Below, piece after piece: positions 54,401-64,000 of a stretch of 64,000 bases of DNA. Within the stretch, counting starts at the first letter, position 1, and the number at the start of each line of letters is the position of its first letter. The translations under genes were made by a program, and so were the position numbers. Origin of the DNA: Catajapyx aquilonaris (Eukaryota); contig JYFJ02000514.1 of the NCBI GenBank assembly GCA_000934665.2, forward strand, positions 62,001 to 126,000, in the 5' to 3' direction. Below the pieces are notes generated by a model, which saw only the letters and a list, made by a program, of their open reading frames with translations, was not told the DNA's origin and did not search any database.

Positions 54401-57400
54401 GGTTCTTTTTGCGCTATTAGCCGAGGATCATCTTGTATATAGGAAGATGGCACGGGATGGCAGCGGGATTATTATATGAGACAGNCCCCCGATTTTGATG
54501 CAGGAAGCGTCGTCTGGGTTCCATTATGGGCCCCGCTTTTTTTTTTTTTGTTCTTTGCTTGATCTTGATGGGTGTTAGTACGTCTATCTGGCCCCGGTGA
54601 TCCCCGGCGAAATAGGCAGATCAGGGCCGAAGACTTTAGGTTTTCAGAGCCCACGTGCCCGTATTGATCCCCACCCTCTTCCTCTTGGCTTGCCTTCCTA
54701 GCTTGTATAGTGTTGGCGTGGCTTGCCAAGCACCGAGCGTATAATAATGGGCCGCGATGATTGGCCAATAGATCTTGCATTAATGTAGTTTTTGAGTCTT
54801 AATTTTGCGGGGATATGCTTCGGGGCGATACTGCCTTAGACGTGGAAGGAGAGACGAGAGAGAGAGAGATCTCTCCCTCCGGTTTAATTACGGGGAGCAA
54901 TAAATCCACTGGCTTTATGAAGACGGCGAAAGAAGTTTTCTGAGGGAGTCCCCTGGGGCACACACGGGCTGTCGATTACTCAGAGTCTGCCTCGCTGCTT
55001 CTTGGCAGCAGAAAAAGACGCATCTGCCGCGCTGTAGATGCTAAGCAAGGGCGATTCTGCTGCAACTGGTCGCGACCTCTGACCCAGCAGCCTGGTATTA
55101 ACACACGTATGCAGTAACCTGAAGCAGGAGAGGCAGTAAAAAGAGCTGGGAGAAAACACTCGGCTGAACGACTTCATCCGTTGATGATCCTTTCCCTCCC
55201 TAGAAAACTGTACGGTTTGTGGTCCATCCAGACCTGGTTTTATCCGCCGTAAATTCTCCAGGGGAGCCAAATCCCCAAAACGGTCCCAGAAAAACAAAAA
55301 AGAAGGAGAGAGGAAGAGGCAGCAGCAGGTAGTAGACGTTAAAACATTCACGGACGAGGAGGTAAACAGCAGGGAGCCCGTCAAAATGCCAAGGTGACTC
55401 GAATGGGCGCCCATCTTCTTTCCTTCTTCTTTTTTTCCCCCCCACTCAAGTTGCTTCTTCCGTTATATCTGCTGCCCCCGTAAAATAGCCGAGTGTAACA
55501 TGCGGGCTCTTGAGAGAGAGTGTGTGTGTGTTCTGCTGAAAACGGCGGAGTGAGAATCTGTGCTGGGCTGCGAGTGACTCTCTGGTAAAAAAAAGAAAAA
55601 GGCTGGCTATCACTTTGTAAGGGTAGAGCAAGTCCGATAAAAATCAGGCTTGGAGTCCTCCTGTCACAGCCGTAACTGGCAGCTAGGAAAAAGGAGCTCT
55701 GCCAGATTCATGGCTCACAAACATGGCCGCCATCAACTGCTTCCATTGCCCTACCTCCTCGTCTTTTTTGGAGGGAGAGGAAAGGGTTATTTCCTTCCGG
55801 TCCTCTCTCTCCTCTGGATGACGAGCATCAAACGACCAACTCGGGTGCTCCCAACGACGCCCATTGCGCTATGATGGGGACTATTGATAGGGTTCAAATG
55901 CTCCGGATGGAGAGCCACATTTCGTATATATAGAGTGCAAAGAAAGCAACACCAAAAAAAAGAGCGAGGGAAATAATGGAAAGAAAACAAGGATGTGGTG
56001 TGTGCTAAATGTCAAATAAATGCAATCAACTGTCCTGTGGGAGTCATGAAATTACCAGAAGGTAAATCGAAAGGAAGGTGTATGTCGAGGGGCTAATTCC
56101 AACCTCGCATATTGCAATGTTAACTAGTCGTCTGGGATCATTGAATTTGCACAATGCCTGTCGCCAAGAGGCCATGCAATATAAACACCGTCCTATTTTT
56201 TTGGCTGAATTATTGCGGTTTGGGTTCCTCCCCCGGCCTGGTCGTATAATGGGCATTATTTACACCGGGTTATTCTTAATTGTCCTACTTACTAACGCCG
56301 GGGTGGTTTATGATGGCACAGAATAGCGGACATCATCCTGAATGATGGCGGGCAATTCCGCCATTAGTGTGCACTGGTCACGAACCATACGCTCATTATG
56401 CACACTCCCCCGACTAAAAAAAGAAGAGTGCTGCTCTCAAAAAGTCCTCTTTCTGCCCGATCCCGGCTCGCACGATAATGATAATCATGCGGCCATTTTT
56501 CGGCTATTATGAGAGAAAAAAAGGCGGGGGGATAAGTGAAAAAAATAAATGGACCGCCATTTATTCATCCGGTTCAAGTAGGCGGGGGGTATAGTATACA
56601 ACGTGCTTGTAAATGATTCAGACAAACTTGTATAGGTCGAATTCCTGGGAATTGCAGGATCATTATTTATGTAAAGAGGCGTCGCTACATAGATAATGGG
56701 CTTCAAAGCCGAATCATAAAATATTATGGCAGGCATGTTAGTTTAAACTGGAAACTAATGAGGTGTAGCAGACGGTCCCCTATAGGCGATAGAAGTGTCG
56801 TAGACTGTACCACCAGGGCCCTACATGAAGGGTTCGAAGTTTGCCTGAATCGTGATGGAGCACCATGTGTGTGTGTATGAGGAAACACAAACACGCGCGG
56901 AGGAAGCACGAAAAAGAGATGGCGTGGGGCAAATCCGAGCTGTCATCGAGTCACGAGATGAATATTACTTGCTAATTACTTGTACTCGGCGTTAACAAGG
57001 CGTCCTGTGACAGGGGGGGATGCGTGAAGCCCCGCCTACTCATTTCCCTTATGTTGTTGGTTGGTGTTATGTATATGGACAGAGGAAGAGGATAGAAGAA
57101 AAAACAAACAGAGAGAATAAGCATGTGGTGGCATGGCCCCCCCTTCTGCAGTCCCGAAAAGGTTTGAAGGAGATAAAGAGCCACGCACTTCCTCATTTTG
57201 TCCACTCGGCTTGTTTGGCCCACATAATGGTCTCTAAGTGACCGTAAGGACCCCCTCTCCGATAGGTCACGTATCACATGTGAGCCGGACACTGCTGGCT
57301 CTTTATATTATAACATTGGGCTGTGTTTCTCACAGGACTGTTTTGGACCCTTTAATATTCATGGCGACTCGTCGGACAAATTTTGGGTAACGATCGTGCT

Positions 57401-60400
57401 AAGCAACCCCTCCCAGGGTCCTATCAATGGGATTTCCGCATGAGTTGTGCCTCCACTACTGGATCAGGGAAAAAAGTGTTCATCACAATTACTGGTTCCA
57501 TGCACCGGTAGGCTACCCCAAAAAAATCTGGATTTTCTTCCACCGTATGTAAAGTAGGACGCAGGATGCAGGGGGCATCTAAACACTATAGTTGAAATGA
57601 GTTGACCCCTTCAAACAATTTGTGTCACTTCACATACCGTGACCAATATTGCCCTCTATACTATTCACAGAGGCCCTCTCCATGGCGCCTATAATGAGGC
57701 GAGCGAAGACCCGGCAGGGAAATAGAATTTTGATGTAAAATGGGGACTCGACGCTTCTCTGGCTTCCAATATTGTAGGCCGAATAGAATTTGGCAAGTGG
57801 CACTGCAAACTTGGGGCGCCTACACCTCAGGTATAGTCGCACTATATCGATAACTGCCTTCTTTTCAAAAAAAAAAAAAAAAAAAGTCCTCTTCGACGCT
57901 GAAACGTCTCGATTTCCTGCGACGTGAGAGTAAATCGAGCAGGGTCAATACAATAAAGGTTGAGTTACTTCCACGCTGCGCTATATACTCCCAAGCGATC
58001 GCTACATCTTTGGTGAAAAGTTAGTTGTAGGGAGGGCCTGAGGGGGTGGGGTGGTGGAGGGGGAAAGGAAGAGAGAGGAAAATCAGGGCAGGCTGCCAAC
58101 GCACGTGCGCACAATAAACGGCCTCGCAAGGCAGAGGAGCCAGTCACAGGTCAAACCCCAGTTTTGCCCCATTTAACCCTAGAAATCGCTGCCTCATGCA
58201 TTGCATTTAAATACTTGCATCATTGCTTGAAATATGCGGTTTTCTTTTAATAGCGAGCCAACTTATGTGACACCCGGTGCAGAATCTGGGCAGAATGATG
58301 GGCGGATCGATGTGTCTCTCTCCGGGCCACCCTTCGCATGTTATCATCCTTCCGACAGAGCTTAATGATCTCTGCCAGCTATACATATCCTTACATCCCC
58401 CATGATGATGACGGTGGGTGTGGAAGGGGGGAAGAGAGTATACAGCGGATGAAAATTAATTATGCACAAATTGTTATATATTCCTACTTGTCTTGCCCGC
58501 CTCTGAACCTACGGGCTATTAATTATAGCCCCGTTGCTTTTCCCACGGAAAATTAAATATGCAGCCAACAACAACAAACTTTGAGCAATAAGCCCACGAA
58601 TTAATCCGGGTTTATCCTCAGAAGTATGTCGAAACATCAAGAGCCCAGCAGTGTTGGCAAAAATAAATAACGTCCGCTTATTACTTATTCATAGCTGCTC
58701 TCTCAAAATATGGGGATATTTATGGGTGCTGCTGCCTTGTATGTGAATGTGCAGCATGGCATGTTTGGTCAACAAGGTTTTTGCAACGGAAAAAAAGAAA
58801 TTACGAGAGGAGAGACATTACCATAAATTATTAAGAGACATTTGATGTGCCACTAGGGCCGTCTGCAAATGGAGATTTGAAAACTAGGAAAATGTCGTAA
58901 ACCTAAAAATGGGTCGCAAACTTTCAGATATTTTTCCTCGCTCCCCAACTATTATTCCTACTTCCTCCATCCGTTTCTGTGTGTAAAAAAAGTGCAGATT
59001 GCATCCTTCAACTCCAGTAAACATTTTCATATATTCCATCCTCCCATTGAAGCCACGCCATGCCAAAAATTTGGCAGAAAAAAGAAGAAACTTCTCTTTT
59101 TTAAAAACCCTGCTTTAAAAAAAAGGAGGTGAAAAGAATCGGTTTGATTCTATTCGTGGGGGTCACACAAATGGAAGGGTATTTTTTTCCTCCCATCCTC
59201 CGTTCCCATCTCTTCCTGGTTTGGAAGCTTGAGAATCCATCAACTGGGATTTCTCGATATGGGGGGGGGGGGGGGGNGGAGGAGAGCCTCGAGGGGAGGG
59301 TGGGGCATCATTACGATTCGCATTCAGAGATTCCTGCTCCCTCAGCGGAAACCGACTCACTTCCAGGCCCAGGATTTGCCCAAACAGATAGGTTTCGCAG
59401 CTGGGCTCCATACCCTCTATTCATTCCCCTCAGCCTATCTATTTGATTAAAATACTCGTCACTTTTGCCCAGAAAAAATAAATTCTGCTGATGGCACGAG
59501 GATGAATTTTACTGCCATTGGTTTTGCAAAAATCTTGTTGGATGATGCTGAGTGTCTGGACCACCCTGTTTGGTACAGGCCCCATTTAATCCGAGCCGCC
59601 GTGTGGGTATAGGATCAGCCCCGCAGTTTGGCGTTTAGTTGTGTTGATGGACCAAACATTTCGCAAATCCGGCTGATCTTTTTTTAGGCGCCCCCCATTA
59701 TCACGTTTCACCCGCCACACGTCCAAAAGCGTCGATTTCGCACTTTTCTGCACATATAACCCAGGAGCAATCCCACACCATGCAGTGTTGGGGGGGAAAT
59801 ATAAATAAGCCAGCAGGGGGTGCGAATTGCGAAAAGTTTTGCACGCGGTGGTTTCCCATTCACGGCGTATCGGGGAAAATTTGCACACTTGTAACCTCCC
59901 CTTTTTTTTCGTCGCTTGGGCTCCCAGCGGATAATTCGGGGACCTTGTAATATCGCAATTATCAATTCGGCACATCATGGCCGCACAATTACATCGCGAT
60001 CAAATGACGGCGATACCGGCCCATATATGAGCCCAGATGCTTTAAAAAGGCCTTTGTTTGCCCCGCGCCAAATGAACGGCCCGGGGAAAACGGTATGCGA
60101 AAGTAATTTTTGCAAATATTCGCGCATTTTTTGCTCATCAGCTGAAAATTGTGGGCAGCTGTTTTTTTTATTTAAAAAAAAAGCCACCGCCACCAAAAAG
60201 GCTTGATTCACTGATTCCCTTTTGAAACCCCTCTGATGTACTGGGGCATTCCATGGTTATATGAGCACAGGTCGACTGGATTTTCGAGGTTGACCTAGGG
60301 TCAACCTGCCCACCCAGAACTTGAAAACGAGGGGTGGTAACTTGCCTTCATCCTTTTTGGAAAACGTCAAGGACTAATGACTTTACAGTTACGAGGACCT

Positions 60401-60590
60401 GTCAGCTGCCCCGCTGGTGTGACGTGACATGACATGACGTTGTCTACTTGTTGTACACACTTCCATGCTCCGCCGGATATAATTGCGATATGCATTTATT
60501 CATTTATTACTATTAACCAGGATGCATTGTTTTACGCTGTTAACATATTTTATAGCTTCAAGTACATTTTCTCTATTTTTCTCTTTGCAG

Positions 60591-60662
60591 CGACATCAGT
60601 CACAACCAGTTGACAGTGGTCGGGAAGCGTATGCTGCGTGGAATACCGATGCTCAAGTACCT
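60591..60662 (+). CDS. sli: Slit LRR exon (72 nt): DISHNQLTVVGKRMLRGIPMLKYL
   Basis: Acceptor ttttctctatttttctctttgcag|, donor CT|gtaagt, phase 2-2. Confidence 0.95.
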
Positions 60663-61409
60663 GTAAGTACAGCGCACCTTTAACATGCTGCTCATGCTGG
60701 CATCACACGCGCTTGGTTGTCGCATCATGCAAAATAAACAGCACGGAAATCGGAGAGGCAGCCTACTATAACACGTGTACTGTGATTTACAAACACGCTA
60801 AGGCTTTCAGGCAGCCCTTATGCAAATTTTAACGCGGTTAATGCTCCTCCAATTTTCGACCATGTTATGAACCCTCTCGCAAAAAAAAAAAATCCATATT
60901 AATTGCTATTTTATGTACCTGGATTTTTGAACACGCGAAAATATGGAACGGGGATGGGTTTGGGGTTCAGAGGCGAGAGACAGAGAGAGCTTTCTCTCTT
61001 TAAAACGGGATAACAGGCGGGATAATTTATGCCCACGAAGAGTATATAGCTCATCCGTAAATAAACAACTGACGTTTATTGGTAATGTCCATCCACTCAG
61101 ACGGTCCTGAACGTAAATTACGCCTGGCCGTTTTCTGCTGGCTCGGGGGAATTTTTTTTACAAACTGGATTAGGTCGCATAAACCGCTTGCGATAGGAAA
61201 AGGAGATCATTACAGAAACACCCTGTATATGAAGCAATTGAGCTACCCGGGACAGCATTTCTGATTCAGGCCTGTCACTTTAACCAGCAGCAATCCCGTT
61301 AGGCGGCTGCGTTGTTTGGCAAACAATTGGCATTTGGAATGGCAGTGTCAGTTTGTTGGTGCGACGTTTCCTACTAGTAAAACGGGTTGTTTCTTCTTCC
61401 TTCACGCAG

Positions 61410-61481
61410 CCAGCTGGACAACAACCACCTGACTTGCATCGACGAGGCAGCCATCCGGAGCCTGAAGGAGCTTGAAAGCCT
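61410..61481 (+). CDS. sli: Slit LRR exon (72 nt): QLDNNHLTCIDEAAIRSLKELESL
   Basis: Acceptor ttcttcttccttcacgcag|, donor CT|gtaagt, phase 2-2. Confidence 0.95.
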
Positions 61482-61559
61482 GTAAGTTATATAGACGTTA
61501 ATCAAGCGACAGCCACTAAAATATAATTGTTGGTTCTGCTTCCCTCTCGGCTTGCGCAG

Positions 61560-61795
61560 AACCCTGAACAACAACAACCTGACGACCCTGGCGAAGGACA
61601 TCTTCGACAACCTGCACCGCCTACGCACCCTCCGTCTCTCAGACAACAACTTCATCTGCGACTGCCAGCTCGGTTGGCTCTCCCGGTGGCTCAAGAGGAC
61701 TCCTCGTCTGGCCCTCTTCACCAGATGCTCATCTCCCTTCCAGTTCAGAGGAAAGAGTCTCACAGAGCTGCAGGAGGCAGACTTCAAATGCTCAG
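61560..61795 (+). CDS. sli: Slit exon (236 nt): last LRRs plus LRRCT of domain 1 (TLNNNN...FKCSG)
   Basis: Acceptor ttccctctcggcttgcgcag|, donor TCAG|gtatct (phase 1). Lies within ORF 61552..61815. LRRCT pattern NxFxCDCxLxWL...C..P....G.........FKC. Confidence 0.95.
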
Positions 61796-64000
61796 GTATC
61801 TGCAGGGAACGATGAAACACCCTGTACATCCATCTGGCAAAGTTCCGGATGGATTTTTCTTCTTTTCATATCGCCCTGAAAGTTGTTGACTAGATTTCCC
61901 GTCTCGTTTGAAGTTGTGCGAAAGTTTTGTGAGGCGGGATAAGTGGGAGTGATCCGCACCTTCCGAGAGGGAAAGATGCCTGACTCCATGTCCGACGCCT
62001 CTCTTCATTCCTATTATAGGGTGGGTGGGTCTTATCCAGCCAGAAAATATACACGTATCTCTCGTGGCGCGTGCTGGAATCGATTCACTCAGAGGGGAAT
62101 AATAATAATATAGGAGAGACGGAGGGTGCTGCTGGGTGAGAGGCATCCGTTTCATTTCAGTTCTCTCTGGTGGTCTGGAGACATGTTGCAGTCATGGGCC
62201 TGCCTGCCATCTTATTCCCGGGGAAAAGCATCTCACTCTGTCCTCATTTGCATACCTGCAGAAACCCGACTCCGGCTTCTAACCAAACCTATATATGCGC
62301 AGTTTCGGAGAAGAAATATTATTTCTGGCCCGAATTTGCACACCGGACCTCCAAATGGTCTGCTTGCTTTTCCTTTTTGCAGAGGACCAGCTCGGATATT
62401 ATCTAGTCGTGTCGATTCGGTTGAAATTGTGAGATACAAAGCCTGGTCATTCGACCTGCGATGACAGCAACACATACCTGAGGGCAATATGATATTGGTT
62501 GGCAGCTGTGACACACAGCAAAACATGCTACAGGCAAACACAGGCCGGTTGTGTTCCATGGCCCCCCCTTTTTTTCAAAACATCCCTCCGATCAATTGGG
62601 GTGAAAATGATTTGAAGGGGCCCCTCAGTTGGCGCCATGCCACCCTCAGACCCCAGCACTTGGAACCCTCCAAGAAGGGCACCCAGGGGATGAAGGAAAA
62701 TCGCCTTATCCTCCAGCAGCAACTACTCCGTCTGCACAACAGCAAGAGGCTTGTTACTTTGCCTGGAAATAAACAAGTGCATTTAATGCTTAGAGCTAGA
62801 GTGCCCCGGGAACTTTGAGCGTTTCCCTTTTCTCTCTCTAGCTCTCTCTCCTTGCTGCCTGCCGTCTAACAAACGGGGTCCTTTGTGCGCAGGAAAGACG
62901 GGGAAGGTATACTCTCCTCCATGTTTTAAAAGGCCGGAGTACTACTTCCCCGGGTTTGCATTATCCGGAATTTGTATGAGGAACTAATGCACGGCACAAG
63001 AACCTGATGCTGTCGAACTCCGGGACAATGCGAGGCAGCAGCAGCGTGTATTTGGCAAAAAACAAAAAAAGCAGGGTTTATTATTCAATCCGGACAACTG
63101 GTCCCCCCCGATTGCAGCTGTTTAATAAGCATAAAATTTAAACCGCGCGATGACGCAAATGCTGCATCATTTTTGCCCAGTGTTAAAAAATTGCGGGCGC
63201 GGCGGTTTTAATAAGTGATGTCGGTTCAATACTGTACCACTGCACCGAAAACAATGGGTTGAAAAGTGAAAATGCTGCGAGCTTCAGTGTCCCTGCCTGC
63301 CTGCCTGCCTGCTGCAGTACAAATATAGGCCTGTGAATAGGCCTATTGTTCTGGCCTGAAAAGGTCCGTGGGATTGGAGAGGACCGTGGAGCCAACCGAG
63401 CGTGTTTCTGCCGCGTACACGAATATTGGAGCTGGACGCGTCACATCGATGCGAAGGACGACTCACCTCAGGAGACATCACCCGGCAAAATCACGCTGAC
63501 ACTCGACAGATCCCACTCCAAAAAAGGACAACTCAAAATATATGTACACCGGGTGGTCTCGTCAACCGCTGGCAATGGATTTGCACGTGGAAATTGGCAA
63601 TGGTTTTATTACACGAGCGAGTGCAGTGTGAACCTATTTGGCAAGCGGCATAATCCAATCCGGGAGTAGTTGCAGGGGGCAAATTTCGTTAGCCCGATAA
63701 GTTAATAACGTTAATGTACTTCTTTTTTTGAGAGAGCGAGAGGTTCGCATGTTTTGGTTAATGCCCCCCCACCGCCCCTTTTGGTTCTAGTCCACGTGCG
63801 TGCTGCTGTTAAATATCTGCGGGGGCCTCTCTTCTCCGCACGTTGCTTGTAATGCCTTTTATTACCCAATAAGTTGATGGAGCAGGGGGTAAGGAAAAGG
63901 ATAGGACTGCTCTCTGGGATGCTGGCTCTGATCCAACATCAGCTCACAGTTTCCCAACCTTAGAGAGAGAGAACAGAGAATATAATATACTGCCCGGCCA

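Larger units (their letters stand above)
18081..61795 (+). other. sli: Partial slit gene (internal exons for LRR domain 1). The gene extends beyond both ends of this interval.
   Basis: Six GT-AG exons splice in one frame to DLQGNNLTVIRRDDFAGMGKLRIL-QLMDNQVVTVEREAFQDLVSLERL-RLNNNKLRHLPDMLFGNMPNLHRL-DISHNQLTVVGKRMLRGIPMLKYL-QLDNNHLTCIDEAAIRSLKELESL-TLNNNNLTTLAKDIFDNLHRLRTL-RLSDNNFICDCQLGWLSRWLKRTPRLALFTRCSSPFQFRGKSLTELQEADFKCS(G). From memory this matches Drosophila Slit D1 (LQGNNLTVI, FQDLVSLERL, QLDNN.ITC, TLNNNNLT, RLSDN..CDC.L.WLSR, FKCSG). Confidence 0.95.

Noticed and set aside
61796..64000. Next slit exon (LRRNT of domain 2)
   Set aside because: Candidate acceptors such as ttttgcag at ~62381 read into stops or non-Slit peptide, so the exon is likely beyond the window.
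1..64000. Prokaryotic systems (CRISPR arrays, operons, defence islands) or an autonomous transposase/RT
   Set aside because: The sequence is intron-rich animal DNA. I saw no repeat-spacer array and no transposase or RT motifs in the ORF track.

Overview
Eukaryotic (animal, most likely arthropod) genomic DNA. The window lies inside a single + strand gene, an ortholog of the axon-guidance ligand slit. Six coding exons are visible: five 72-nt, phase-2/phase-2 LRR exons (18081-18152, 20969-21040, 40785-40856, 60591-60662, 61410-61481) and one 236-nt exon (61560-61795). Together they give 596 nt encoding most of Slit LRR domain 1, including its C-terminal cysteine cap. The first exon (signal peptide/LRRNT) and all downstream exons were not found, so they probably lie outside the window. 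About 99% of the window is intron, and the ORF track is noise except where it overlaps these exons. The most interesting structure is the isolated RLNNN LRR exon (40785-40856). It has a weak acceptor, sits between two introns of almost identical length (19,744 and 19,734 bp), and is bracketed by two inverted copies of a small Helitron-like element, giving a candidate RNA-pairing switch for exon skipping. Also present are a ~200-bp near-perfect foldback element, an enriched Tc1/mariner-type terminal 9-mer, candidate Sim/Tango (ACGTG) clusters, DR1 elements and simple repeats.
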